Assembly: GCA_037139835.1 (NCBI GenBank)
Contig: JBAXFQ010000002.1
Coordinates: 10,659-74,658 of the forward strand
Length of the DNA stretch: 64,000 nt
Reading direction: 5' to 3'
Origin: Candidatus Nomurabacteria bacterium
GTDB taxonomy: Bacteria > Patescibacteriota > Minisyncoccia > Phycocordibacterales > UBA9973
Shown here: one piece after another, positions 38,121-48,318 of the stretch
Numbering within the stretch: the first letter of the stretch is position 1
How the letters are laid out: each line of letters begins with the position of its first letter
The notes under the pieces: model-generated
The model's input: only the letters and a program-made list of their open reading frames with translations
What the model was told of the DNA's origin: nothing
The model's database searches: none
Position numbers and translations under genes: made by a program

Positions 38121-39795
38121 ATACATAAAAAGAGACATTGCTCCGGATGAGATATTTCTGGATTCAAAGAATTTGCCGTGCTTCAATACACAGCAATTTG
38201 AAGGGCGTCTCGAAAAAGCTATACCTAAAAGATCGATTTTCTTTTTAGGTGTATTTTTCTTTGCTTGTACTAGTCTATTTATTTACAAGCTTGGTTACCT
38301 TCAAATAGTTAAAGGAGAAGCTTATTTTAAAAAAAGTGAAAACAATACTCTTATGAAGCAGCCTATCTTTGCGGATAGGGGTCTTATTTATGATCGTAAT
38401 GATGTATTACTTGCTTGGAATAATTGGAATAAAGAAGATTTAAATAAATTTTCATCCCCAACTAGGTCTTATTTTTCTGATCCAGGTTTTAGTTTACTTT
38501 TGGGTTATGTTAGTTCTCCAGCTAAAGATTCTCAGGGAAACTATTGGCAGGATACTTTTATAGGTAAGGATGGTATTGAAAAGTCTTATAATAAAAATCT
38601 TACAGGTATAAATGGTGTCCGAATAACAGAAACTGATGTTAAGGGTGTTGTTCAGTCTGAAAATGTTGTAACACCTCCTAAGGCAGGTGAAAATATAAAA
38701 TTATCTATCGATAGTAGAATACAAAAAAAGATGTATGACTCCATAGTTTCTATGGCACAGAATGCTTCGTTTTCAGGTGGTGCAGGAGTTTTGATGGATA
38801 TTAAAACAGGTGAGATTCTTTCTATGACCAGTTATCCTGAGTATAATTCAAACACAATATCAAAAGGAGAAGATAAGGCTACTATAAATGGGTACTTTAC
38901 AGACAAAAGAAAAGTTTTCTTGAATCGTCCTGTTTCAGGTCTGTATGCTCCGGGTTCTATCGTTAAGCCTTTTTTGGGATATGGAGCCTTGGCAGAAAAT
39001 GTGATAACACCTTTTAAACAAATATTAGCAAATGGTTCTATCTCTATACCGAATCCATATTTCCCAGATAAAAAAACAATATTTAAAGATCATGGTTCTT
39101 TTGGATATGTAGATATTAAAAAGGCAATCGCAATTTCTTCTGACGTTTATTTTTATGAAGTAGGGGGAGGTTTTGAAAGTCAAAAAGGTTTAGGTATATT
39201 AAACATAGATAAATATGCAAAGATGTTCGGTATAGCAGATAAAACAAATATAGATGTAGGTGGAGAAAAAAGTGGTGTTGTTCCAACTCCAGACTGGAAG
39301 TCTAAAACCTTTAAGGGTGAAATATGGAGAATAGGAGATACTTATAACACAGCTATAGGACAGTATGGTTTTCATGTTACACCTTTATCGATGGCAAGAG
39401 CAGTATCAGGTATTGCATCAATGGGAATTATACCTACTCCTCATCTAAGGTTTAATGATAAAATTATAGAATCTAAAGTAACTACATTTCCAGTAAATAA
39501 AGATTTAATGAAAGTTATACAAGACGGTATGCGTATGGCTGTGACAGAGGGGACAGCGACGGCCCTTAATCTACCACTAGTTAAAGTTGCTGCAAAATCA
39601 GGTACAGCTCAGATTGGACTCGGAAATACAAATACAAACTCATGGATAGTTGGATTTTTCCCTTATGATAATCCAAGATATTCTTTTGCTATTTTGATGG
39701 AAAGGGGGCCAAAGGCGGCATCAGGAAATGCTACGAGAGTTATGAGCGAAGTAGTAGACTACATGAGTGTATATACACCAGAATATTTTAAATAA
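38098..39795 (+). CDS. mrdA: Class B penicillin-binding protein (PBP2-like)
   Basis: RGLIYDRN, GSIVK (SxxK), SSD (SxD, PBP2 type) and KSGTAQ. Confidence 0.85.
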   Translation: MKFHINHKYIKRDIAPDEIFLDSKNLPCFNTQQFEGRLEKAIPKRSIFFLGVFFFACTSLFIYKLGYLQIVKGEAYFKKSENNTLMKQPIFADRGLIYDRNDVLLAWNNWNKEDLNKFSSPTRSYFSDPGFSLLLGYVSSPAKDSQGNYWQDTFIGKDGIEKSYNKNLTGINGVRITETDVKGVVQSENVVTPPKAGENIKLSIDSRIQKKMYDSIVSMAQNASFSGGAGVLMDIKTGEILSMTSYPEYNSNTISKGEDKATINGYFTDKRKVFLNRPVSGLYAPGSIVKPFLGYGALAENVITPFKQILANGSISIPNPYFPDKKTIFKDHGSFGYVDIKKAIAISSDVYFYEVGGGFESQKGLGILNIDKYAKMFGIADKTNIDVGGEKSGVVPTPDWKSKTFKGEIWRIGDTYNTAIGQYGFHVTPLSMARAVSGIASMGIIPTPHLRFNDKIIESKVTTFPVNKDLMKVIQDGMRMAVTEGTATALNLPLVKVAAKSGTAQIGLGNTNTNSWIVGFFPYDNPRYSFAILMERGPKAASGNATRVMSEVVDYMSVYTPEYFK

Positions 39796-39959
39796 ATTCT
39801 TTGACTTATTACCTTAAAATTGCTACAATCTGTCGATTATAGAATCAAAATTGTGAGACATTGATCCTTTGGTTTATTAATAAAAAAGCTTTAAAAATAA
39901 GGATAAATTATTAGAAATTAATAAAAAATAGAATTAATAAACTATTTTTCAATACAGAT

Positions 39960-40424
39960 ATGGAAGAAAAAAATTATATAACAGAAGAGAAGAAACAAGC
40001 TCTAATAGAAGAGCAGAAATTTCTCAAAACTGTCAAAAGAAAGGAAATATTAGAAGCTTTAGAATCTGCAAAAGCTTTGGGTGATTTGTCTGAAAATGCA
40101 GAATATCATCAAGCTCGTGAGGATCAAGGTAAGACAGAAGATCGCATAAATCAGATTGAATATATGCTTCAGTCTTCGGTAGTTGTCAAAAAGCATCAAA
40201 GTTCAAAAGTTGAAATTGGTACTTGTGTAGTAGTTAAGAAAGATGGAGCTAAAGAAACAACTACATACAGTATCGTAGGAGCAGAAGAAGCAGATATGAC
40301 TCAAAATAAAATTTCAAATAAGTCACCCCTTGGTGAAGCTCTCTTTGGAAAGAAGAAAGGTGATGTTGTTTCTATAAACACTCCTAAAGGACTAGCCAAA
40401 TACACTCTAGTTGATATACAATAG
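39960..40424 (+). CDS. greA: Transcription elongation factor GreA
   Basis: GDLSENAEY and IS.KSPLGEAL.GKK.GD. Confidence 0.95.
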   Translation: MEEKNYITEEKKQALIEEQKFLKTVKRKEILEALESAKALGDLSENAEYHQAREDQGKTEDRINQIEYMLQSSVVVKKHQSSKVEIGTCVVVKKDGAKETTTYSIVGAEEADMTQNKISNKSPLGEALFGKKKGDVVSINTPKGLAKYTLVDIQ

Positions 40425-40428
40425 AGCT

Positions 40429-41916
40429 ATGGCATCTATAGAAGAATTGCGCACTGCGCGACTATCAAAAATTAATAAATTAAAAGAAGTGGGTATGAAT
40501 CCATATCCTGCTTTTGTTCCACGTGATTATTCAATAAAAGAAGTAAAAGATTCTTTTGAAAAATTAGTTCAATTATCAGAAGAGAAAAATATTTCTATTG
40601 CAGGTAGAGTTATGATTGTTCGAGGGCAAGGCTCGATATTGTTTATTGTATTGCAAGATGGAGAATCTAAGCTTCAAGCGGTGTTAAAAAAGGATGAATT
40701 AAAAGAAGAAGTTTTTAACTTATTTGTAGACACTATAGATAATGGTGATTTTATATCTGTGACTGGATCACTTTTTACAACTCAAAGAGGGGAACAAAGT
40801 ATTTTAATAAAAGATTGGACTATGGCTACAAAGGCACTACTTCCTCTTCCTGATAAATGGCATGGTTTACAAGATGTAGAAGAAACTTATAGAAAAAGAT
40901 ATTTAGATATATTGATGGACAAAGAAGTATATGATAGGTTTGTATTGCGTTCTAAAATAGTTAAATTTATCAGAAATTATTTTGATAATAAAAACTTTTT
41001 AGAAATAGAAACTCCAATACTTCAAAATGAAGCTGGAGGTGCTATGGCTAAAACTTTCAACACTCACCACGATGATTATGATATGGATATGGTCCTTCGT
41101 ATTGCATTGGAATTAGAGCATAAAATGCTTATGGTAGGTGGATATGAGAGAGTATATGAGATAGGTAAGAATTTTAGGAATGAAGGAACTGATCCGACTC
41201 ATCTACAGGAATTTACTATGCTTGAGTGGTACGCTGCTTATCAAACACTAGAGACAAATATGAAATGGACTGAGGATTTGATTAAGTCCATTGCCACTGA
41301 TTTATTAAATAAAAATATATTTAAAGTTTACGACAATGAAGGTAACGGTGTAGATGTAGATTTGAGTGTAGATTGGCCTCGGATTAGTTTTGGGGAATTA
41401 TTACAAAAAGACGCAAATATAAATATTGAAACTATTACTTTAGAAGAAGCAAGAATAGAAGCCTTGAAATGGGGAGTTAAAGAGGATGATGTTAAAAAAC
41501 TTGGAAGAGGAAATTTACTTGATAAAATATATAAAAAATCTTCCAGAGGAAAGATTATTAATCCTACTTTTGTGACAGATTTTCCTGGTGATTTGAAACC
41601 ATTGGCGCAACAAAACGAGAATAGTACCGCTAAGGTGTGCCAGCTAATCATAGCAGGGGCTGAGATAACGAATCAATACGCTGAACTTGTAAATCCTATA
41701 ATACAAAGAGAATTATTAGTATCTCAATCTAAAGCAAAGGAGGGTGGTGATGAAGAAGCTATGGATGTCAGTGAAGGATTTTTGACCGCTATGGAGCATG
41801 GAATGCCTCCTATGACAGGCTTTGGTATGGGTATCGATCGTTTGGTTGCTATATTTACAGAACAGAAGAATCTTCGTGATATTGTATTTTTCCCTATAAT
41901 GAAACCAAAAGAGTAA
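40429..41916 (+). CDS. lysS: Lysine--tRNA ligase (class II)
   Basis: YRKRYLD, FRNEG..H..EFTMLE and GMPP..GFGMGIDRL; start at MASIEE. Confidence 0.96.
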   Translation: MASIEELRTARLSKINKLKEVGMNPYPAFVPRDYSIKEVKDSFEKLVQLSEEKNISIAGRVMIVRGQGSILFIVLQDGESKLQAVLKKDELKEEVFNLFVDTIDNGDFISVTGSLFTTQRGEQSILIKDWTMATKALLPLPDKWHGLQDVEETYRKRYLDILMDKEVYDRFVLRSKIVKFIRNYFDNKNFLEIETPILQNEAGGAMAKTFNTHHDDYDMDMVLRIALELEHKMLMVGGYERVYEIGKNFRNEGTDPTHLQEFTMLEWYAAYQTLETNMKWTEDLIKSIATDLLNKNIFKVYDNEGNGVDVDLSVDWPRISFGELLQKDANINIETITLEEARIEALKWGVKEDDVKKLGRGNLLDKIYKKSSRGKIINPTFVTDFPGDLKPLAQQNENSTAKVCQLIIAGAEITNQYAELVNPIIQRELLVSQSKAKEGGDEEAMDVSEGFLTAMEHGMPPMTGFGMGIDRLVAIFTEQKNLRDIVFFPIMKPKE

Positions 41917-41935
41917 TTACATAATTATAACTGGT

Positions 41936-41971
41936 ATACAAAACCCCGAAGCTTCGCTTCGGGTTTTGTAT
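41936..41971 (+). terminator. Intrinsic terminator after lysS
   Basis: ATACAAAACCCCGAAGC-TTC-GCTTCGGGTTTTGTAT followed by a T-run. Confidence 0.7.
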
Positions 41972-42062
41972 TTTTAATATTTGGTTTGACTATAAATATA
42001 TATAATGGTAATTTACTGTTAAATAACGATATTTTAAATGTTTAACTAAAACTATATATGTG

Positions 42063-42500
42063 ATGAAAAAAATCTTATTTTTTCCTTTTATTTTTATGAC
42101 TTTTGTCGCTGTGGCTCAGAAAGTAAAAAAAATTGAGCTAATCCATGAAGATCAAGCATTTAAGAATGCTAAGATTTTTTATGGGACAAATAATATTAAA
42201 ATCAATGATTTCCATCTAAATGATGTTTATGTTGGACAGTATTATGTAACGCATGAAAAGGTAAAAGAGGGATTTGCATTGGCAGACAAATTGATTACTA
42301 CATCCATTAACAAACTGTCTAAGGATAAACCAAATGTGATTTATACTGACCGGGGACAGATTGTAATAAATTGGTATCAAAAGAAATGGAATATCACATT
42401 TGATAAATACGATGATCCAAACTCTGTATCAAGTAGTTTTAATGGAGTTAGAATTTTTTCTTTAAAGTTAAATTCATTAATTAAATCTAACAAAAGATGA
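42063..42500 (+). CDS. Hypothetical secreted protein
   Basis: Signal peptide MKKILFFPFIFMTFVAVA-Q. Confidence 0.65.
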   Translation: MKKILFFPFIFMTFVAVAQKVKKIELIHEDQAFKNAKIFYGTNNIKINDFHLNDVYVGQYYVTHEKVKEGFALADKLITTSINKLSKDKPNVIYTDRGQIVINWYQKKWNITFDKYDDPNSVSSSFNGVRIFSLKLNSLIKSNKR

Positions 42501-42944
42501 GAACATATCAGCCGTTGTACCTTAAGGTCGTGTTATCGATTTTGAAAAAGATCGAATTTAAATTAGCTAAAAAAGGGGATTACTATTTTATTGATTCAAT
42601 TCCTTTCGATGAGATTGTTGAAGAAGATGAAGTGTGTAATTCTTTGATGTTGGAAAGTTTTGATGCATTTTTTGAAATCGATAATTTATTTTTGATCAAT
42701 TGTGGCTTTTACATACGAGATCATGATCTTCCAATATTTATTTTTCGTATGGGGTTAGGAAAATGCGATATAATTTTCACTGGGGGATGATTTAATATCT
42801 GAAGACCTTCTGAAATTTAAAAATGTTTTACCAGAAGACATAGAGGATGAGTCTTGGATTGATATACTTTCAGTTTTTATCAAAAGCATAAATTATATTA
42901 TTGATAATAACCTAAGAATTGAGTATACACCAAGAGTAAACTAA
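42497..42944 (+). pseudogene. Hypothetical gene apparently frameshifted at a G5 run (42782-42786)
   Basis: The ORF stops at 42790, but the +1 frame stays open from 42786 to TAA 42944, right before a terminator. Confidence 0.5.
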
Positions 42945-43006
42945 TTTAAAAAAGGCTTAAGTTTCTTAACTTAAGCCTTTTTTTATATGCCTAAAATTTC
43001 ATTTAG

Positions 43007-43015
43007 TTATCCACA
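43007..43015 (+). promoter_or_regulatory. Consensus DnaA box
   Basis: TTATCCACA upstream of the mraZ promoter. Confidence 0.5.
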
Positions 43016-43022
43016 GTTTTGA

Positions 43023-43089
43023 GTGGGAAGGCTTGTTTGTTTTGTGGGATGAAGTGGTGTATAATATAACCAAGTGGGATACGGTGGGA
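43023..43089 (+). promoter_or_regulatory. MraZ operator repeats overlapping the dcw promoter
   Basis: GTGGG/GTGGT at 43023, 43044, 43054, 43074 and 43084 (~10-bp phasing) around TATAAT 43060. Confidence 0.8.
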
Positions 43090-43132
43090 TAAAATATATT
43101 TATCAATTATAACCTTATTTCATAATATTATT

Positions 43133-43567
43133 ATGTTGATTGGAGAATACACACATACATTAGATGATAAGAATCGAATGTCATTACCTGTTAAATTCCG
43201 AAAGGAGATGGGGAAGAGTGTTGTTGTTGCTCCTGGACTAGATAATTGTCTTTCAATTTTCACAACAAAAGAGTGGCAAAAAGTTTCAGAAAAGTTATCA
43301 GATTCTTCAATGCTAGCAAGTGATAATAGAAGTTTTTCGAGATTTATGTTTGGTCAGGCTGTGGTTGCCGATGTGGATGCAAACGGCCGAATACTGATCC
43401 CGGAAAATTTAAAAATAAGATCCAATCTTTCTACAAAAGTAGTTGTTATTGGAGTTCAAAATCGCGCAGAAATCTGGAATGAAAAAGCCTGGAATGATTA
43501 CAAGAAGTTGGTTGAAACACAGGCTGACGCCCTTGCTGATAAATTAGGGCAGATAGGAGTTCTTTAA
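43133..43567 (+). CDS. mraZ: Transcriptional regulator MraZ
   Basis: GEY.HTLDDKNR, DANGRILIP and EIWN. Confidence 0.95.
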   Translation: MLIGEYTHTLDDKNRMSLPVKFRKEMGKSVVVAPGLDNCLSIFTTKEWQKVSEKLSDSSMLASDNRSFSRFMFGQAVVADVDANGRILIPENLKIRSNLSTKVVVIGVQNRAEIWNEKAWNDYKKLVETQADALADKLGQIGVL

Positions 43568-43568
43568 T

Positions 43569-44462
43569 ATGAAACATATACCTGTATTAAAAGCTGAATC
43601 TATAGATGGTCTTTCTATTAAAAAAGGAGACATCATAATAGATGGCACGCTAGGTGGTGGAGGACATACTTTTGAGATGATAAAGCGTTACGGTTCTAGT
43701 ATAAAGATTATTGGTTTGGACCTTGATTTTGATGCTAAGGAACGGGCAGAGAAGCTAATCGGCAAGACCCCTTCTGACTTTATTTTTATCAATTCTGGTT
43801 TTCAGGATATTGATAAGGTTTTAAAGGGTTTAGGAATAGACCAAGTAGATGGAATTTTGCTTGATTTAGGGATAAGTTCATTTCAGCTTGAAGTTGCTGG
43901 CAGAGGATTCTCTTTCTTGAAAGATGAACCACTACTAATGACTATGAAGAAAGAACCTACAGATGAAGACCTAACAGCAAAAGAAATAGTTAATACATGG
44001 GAAGAAGAAAGTATTGCTGATATTATTTATGGTTTTGGAGAAGAGAAATATTCAAGAAAGATTGCAAAGAAAATAGTAGAAAGCCGAAAAGAAAAAGATA
44101 TAGAAACAACATTTGATTTAGTAAAGATTATCGATCAAGCAGTTGGAAAGAATTATAAAGGCATGAGGATACATCCTTCAACTAGAACTTTCCAAGCTTT
44201 GAGAATTGCTACCAATAGTGAACTATCAAATTTAGAGCAGGTAATAGAAAAAGGTTTTAATTGTTTAAAAATAGGAGGTCATATGTCAGTTATCACTTTC
44301 CACAGTTTAGAGGACAGAATAGTCAAAAGAGCATTTGTAAGCTTAAAACAAGAAGGAAAAGCTCTGATGGTAAATAAGAAACCGATAATACCAACCGACG
44401 ATGAGCTCATGAATAATCCTCGCTCTCGTAGTGCAAAGTTAAGGTTATTAGAAAAAATTTAA
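43569..44462 (+). CDS. rsmH: 16S rRNA m4C1402 methyltransferase
   Basis: HIPVL, DGTLGGGGH, DLGISSFQ, FHSLEDRIVK and NPRSRSAKLR. Confidence 0.96.
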   Translation: MKHIPVLKAESIDGLSIKKGDIIIDGTLGGGGHTFEMIKRYGSSIKIIGLDLDFDAKERAEKLIGKTPSDFIFINSGFQDIDKVLKGLGIDQVDGILLDLGISSFQLEVAGRGFSFLKDEPLLMTMKKEPTDEDLTAKEIVNTWEEESIADIIYGFGEEKYSRKIAKKIVESRKEKDIETTFDLVKIIDQAVGKNYKGMRIHPSTRTFQALRIATNSELSNLEQVIEKGFNCLKIGGHMSVITFHSLEDRIVKRAFVSLKQEGKALMVNKKPIIPTDDELMNNPRSRSAKLRLLEKI

Positions 44463-44486
44463 TTATTAATAATAAGAATCAAATAT

Positions 44487-44810
44487 ATGAGCAAAACAAA
44501 AGCAATAACAAAAGATATAGTAGACAATACTAATACACAAAGAATTATATTTAAAATCCTTGTTGGTTCTTTGTTATTACTTTCTGCTGCTTATATTTAT
44601 ATTATTGGATCTATCACTTTCAATGTAGTTGCTCGTAAGTCTCTAGAAAATACAGCTAAAGGATTAGGTAATAATATAAGTCAATTAGAATTAACCTATT
44701 TAAATAATTTAAATGATGTAAATAAAGCCAAGGCTACATCTTTAGGATTTGTAGAAACAAAGTCAAATATTTTCGCTTCTCGTAATATTACTCATGTTGC
44801 TATTCGCTAA
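44487..44810 (+). CDS. FtsL-like cell division protein
   Basis: Bitopic TM plus coiled coil ending A..LGF; syntenic between rsmH and ftsI. Confidence 0.7.
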   Translation: MSKTKAITKDIVDNTNTQRIIFKILVGSLLLLSAAYIYIIGSITFNVVARKSLENTAKGLGNNISQLELTYLNNLNDVNKAKATSLGFVETKSNIFASRNITHVAIR

Positions 44811-46519
44811 TGAACCTAACATCGTTTCAATCTAGAATAAGGATAGTTTCCGTGCTAATTTTTGCATTTGCTATAATTTTAATTTCTAAATTATTTTTTC
44901 TCCAAATACTTCATAAAAATTTATATACAGGAAAGGCTGATAGACAATACGCTACTCCAGCAAGTAATATCTTTGAACGGGGTTCTATATTCTTTACTAA
45001 AAAGGATAGTACACTTGTAGCAGCAGGTACTGTCTCTTCTGGATTTAAAGTTGCAATAAAAGCAAAAGATATAAAAGATGTAGATAGTACTTATGCAGCA
45101 TTAAAACCTTATATAGAAATGGATTATGATACTTTTGTGTCTAAAGCAAATAAGAAAAATGATCCATATGAAGAGATAGCAACTCATCTCACGAAAGAAC
45201 AAATCACAGAGATAGATAATTTAAAACTTCCTGGAGTTTCTATTTTTAAAGACAATTGGAGATTTTATCCAGGGGGAAGTTTGGCTTCACATACTCTTGG
45301 TTTTCTTGCTTACAAAGGAGATGATAGAGTAGGACAATATGGCCTAGAACGTTACTACAATGATGTATTATCTAAACCAAAAGATGAAGCTTATGTTAAC
45401 TTTTTTGCAGAAGTATTTTCAGGAATAAAAGATTCTGTAACAAATAGTCAAAAACAGGGTGATATAGTAACAACTATTGAACCGTCTGTGGAGTCTACAT
45501 TAGAGACAGAACTAAGGTCTGCCTTTGAAAAGTGGGGAGCGGATGAAGCAGGAGGAATAATAATGAACCCTCAGACAGGAGAGATATATGCTATTACGGG
45601 ATCTCCAAATTTTGATTTAAATAAGTTTGGAGAGGTACATGATTCGAGTGTGTACAGAAATATAATGGTAGAAGATGTTTTAGAATTTGGTTCTGTTATC
45701 AAGCCTTTGGTTATGTCTGCAGCAATAGATGCTGGGGCAGTAACACCAGAAACTACATATTTAGATAAAGGAATGGTTACTGTTAATAAAAAAAATATAT
45801 TTAATTTTGATAAAAAAGGACGAGGAGTTGTAAATATGCAGACAGTTCTAGATCAGTCGTTAAATACCGGAATGGTTTTTGCAGAGAGTAAATTGGGTAA
45901 TGATAAATTCCGTACTTATATGAAGTCATATGGTATTGGACAGAAAACAGGTATAGATCTTCCAAATGAGACTTCTGGTCTTATTAAAAATCTAGAAAGT
46001 CCTCGTGATATTGAATACGCAAATGCTTCTTTTGGACAGGGAATAGCTCTGACTCCTGTAGAAGCGGTACGATCCTTCTCTGTGATAGCAAATGGAGGAA
46101 ATATGATAACACCCCATCTTGTAAAGCAAATAAGGTATGATGATGGGAGTTCTAGTCTCAAAGACTATCCAGTAGTAAGTTCTGGTATAATAAAGAAAGA
46201 GACCTCCGTTACAATCAGTAGAATGCTCACGCATGTATTTGAGGCTTATGACGCAGGAACTTTAAAATTTGATCATTATAGTGTAGCGGCAAAGACTGGA
46301 ACAGCTCAGGTTGCTATGGAAAATGGAAAAGGTTATTATGCAGATCGACATACACACTCATTTTTCGGATATTTTCCAGCGTATGATCCTCAGTTTATCG
46401 TGTTTATGTTCCTAAAAAATCCTAAAAATGTTAACTATGCTTCACAGACACTTATTCCACCATTCGTAAATATAACAAAATTTTTATTAAATTATTATAA
46501 TGTTCCTCCAGATAGATAA
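44810..46519 (+). CDS. ftsI: Class B penicillin-binding protein (FtsI-like)
   Basis: GSVIK, SLN and KTGTAQ motifs; dcw position. Confidence 0.87.
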   Translation: MNLTSFQSRIRIVSVLIFAFAIILISKLFFLQILHKNLYTGKADRQYATPASNIFERGSIFFTKKDSTLVAAGTVSSGFKVAIKAKDIKDVDSTYAALKPYIEMDYDTFVSKANKKNDPYEEIATHLTKEQITEIDNLKLPGVSIFKDNWRFYPGGSLASHTLGFLAYKGDDRVGQYGLERYYNDVLSKPKDEAYVNFFAEVFSGIKDSVTNSQKQGDIVTTIEPSVESTLETELRSAFEKWGADEAGGIIMNPQTGEIYAITGSPNFDLNKFGEVHDSSVYRNIMVEDVLEFGSVIKPLVMSAAIDAGAVTPETTYLDKGMVTVNKKNIFNFDKKGRGVVNMQTVLDQSLNTGMVFAESKLGNDKFRTYMKSYGIGQKTGIDLPNETSGLIKNLESPRDIEYANASFGQGIALTPVEAVRSFSVIANGGNMITPHLVKQIRYDDGSSSLKDYPVVSSGIIKKETSVTISRMLTHVFEAYDAGTLKFDHYSVAAKTGTAQVAMENGKGYYADRHTHSFFGYFPAYDPQFIVFMFLKNPKNVNYASQTLIPPFVNITKFLLNYYNVPPDR

Positions 46520-46524
46520 AAAAT

Positions 46525-47826
46525 ATGAAAGATATATTCAAAAAAATAATAGTAACGATAGTCACATGGCAAGCAAGACTCGTCATTAAAAAATACAAAC
46601 CCAAGATTATAGCCATTACTGGTTCTGTGGGTAAAACTTCTACTAAGGATGCTATATTTACGATTCTCTCTAAATTTAAAAAAGTTAGAAAAAGTGAGAA
46701 GAGTTTCAATAGTGAGATAGGTCTACCTTTAACTATATTAGGATGTCCAAATGGATGGAGTAATCCCATCACCTGGCTTGAAAATATCATAAAAGGATTT
46801 GGTTTGATTTTATTTAAAAATTCTTATCCTGAATATTTAGTGCTTGAAGTTGGAGTAGGTAAGCCTGGTGATATTAAAAATAATGTAGCACCTTGGCTTT
46901 CTCCTGATATTGTAGTTATAACTCGTTTTCCTGATAAACCAGTACATGTTGAATTCTTTGGTAGTGTTGAAAGTATTATAGAGGAGAAAAGTGCATTAGC
47001 TTATGCATTGAAACCAGATGGAGTTTTGATATTAAATCATGATGATGATAAAGTCTATGCTGTTCACAATAAGGCAAACCGTCGAACAGTTTCTTATGGT
47101 ATGAATAATAATGCTACTTATAGAGCAACTTACCCAGTTTATATAAATACAGATGTAAACGGTGTAGAGACAACTAGAGGTATCAGTTTTAAGTTAGAGC
47201 ATGATGGACATACATTTCCGGTTATTTTGCCAAATATTGTAGGGATGCATTATGTCGGTTCAGCGTTAGCAGCACTTGCTTGTGCTTTAGAAGTGGGCTG
47301 TGATCTTTTGATGTCTTTGAATTATATAAGTGAATATAACACACCACCAGGAAGACTTTCAGTACTAAACGGAATCAATGGGTCAAATATAATTGATGAT
47401 ACTTATAACTCTTCTCCTGTTGCTGCAGCTGCAGCTATTGAAGTCTTAAAAGAGATGAAAGGAAAGAGGAAGATTGCGGTTCTAGGTGACATGCTTGAAT
47501 TAGGTAAATATACAGAGGAAGAACATCACAACTTGGGGAAAGAAGTTTCCAAAATTGCAAATATTTTAGTTGTAGTAGGCTTGAGATCTAAATTTATAGC
47601 TGAAGGTGCTTTAGAGGATGGATTTAAACAGAAAAATCTTTATATTTTTGACTCTTCAGAAACGGCAGCAAAATTTTTAGAAGGTATAATAGAGAAGGGG
47701 GATCTGATATTAGTGAAGGGATCACAGGGTGTTCGCTTAGAGAAAGTAGTGGCTAGTATCATGGAAGATAAAGACAATAGATATAAGCTTCTTTGTAGAC
47801 AGGAAAAAGAGTGGCAGAGCAGATAA
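46525..47826 (+). CDS. murF: UDP-MurNAc-tripeptide--D-Ala-D-Ala ligase
   Basis: ITGSVGKTSTK, FNSEIGLP, DDTYNSSP, LGDMLELG and VKGSQG. Confidence 0.95.
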   Translation: MKDIFKKIIVTIVTWQARLVIKKYKPKIIAITGSVGKTSTKDAIFTILSKFKKVRKSEKSFNSEIGLPLTILGCPNGWSNPITWLENIIKGFGLILFKNSYPEYLVLEVGVGKPGDIKNNVAPWLSPDIVVITRFPDKPVHVEFFGSVESIIEEKSALAYALKPDGVLILNHDDDKVYAVHNKANRRTVSYGMNNNATYRATYPVYINTDVNGVETTRGISFKLEHDGHTFPVILPNIVGMHYVGSALAALACALEVGCDLLMSLNYISEYNTPPGRLSVLNGINGSNIIDDTYNSSPVAAAAAIEVLKEMKGKRKIAVLGDMLELGKYTEEEHHNLGKEVSKIANILVVVGLRSKFIAEGALEDGFKQKNLYIFDSSETAAKFLEGIIEKGDLILVKGSQGVRLEKVVASIMEDKDNRYKLLCRQEKEWQSR

Positions 47827-47871
47827 AATTACGTATTTGACTTTGATTCCTAAAAATGTAAATATATAAAT

Positions 47872-47964
47872 ATGTTAGATATTAACAAAAATCAAAATTT
47901 AAATAAAAGCTTCTGGGGAAGTTTCTATTTCTATACTTTCAATTTGAAGGTTGATTTTTGTTAA
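47872..47964 (+). CDS. Candidate 30-aa leader peptide
   Basis: MLDINKNQNLNKSFWGSFYFYTFNLKVDFC*, followed by a strong hairpin. Confidence 0.3.
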   Translation: MLDINKNQNLNKSFWGSFYFYTFNLKVDFC

Positions 47965-47988
47965 TAAAACTACTCCCATTAATTTATT

Positions 47989-48030
47989 ACTAAAAACCAG
48001 CTTTCAAAAAAAGCTGGTTTTTAGTTCTTT
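47989..48030 (+). terminator. Terminator/attenuator hairpin
   Basis: ACTAAAAACCAGCTTT-CAAA-AAAAGCTGGTTTTTAGT-TCTTT. Confidence 0.65.
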
Positions 48031-48083
48031 GTGCTAAAAGTTCTTTCAAAAATAAAATAAAAATAAATTTAAATCTATTAATT

Positions 48084-48248
48084 ATGAAAACTACGAAAAG
48101 AATTAATGGTTACCTTTATAGTGTAGATTCAGACGTTAAGTCAGAATCAGAGATTGTGGATCAAGAAGAGTTAACTGCTGAAGAACTCTTAGTTTCAGAA
48201 GGTCTTTCTTCTGAAGAGATAAGAAGGAAAATTATAGAAGCAGAATAA
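48084..48248 (+). CDS. Small acidic hypothetical protein (54 aa; below the ORF-track cutoff)
   Basis: MKTTKRINGYLYSVDSDVKSESEIVDQEELTAEELLVSEGLSSEEIRRKIIEAE*, followed by a terminator. Confidence 0.55.
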   Translation: MKTTKRINGYLYSVDSDVKSESEIVDQEELTAEELLVSEGLSSEEIRRKIIEAE

Positions 48249-48318
48249 TCTTCTTTAAAATGCCTAATAGGCGCAAACAAAAAGCCGTACGACTAGTACG
48301 GCTTTTTATTATTTTGTA

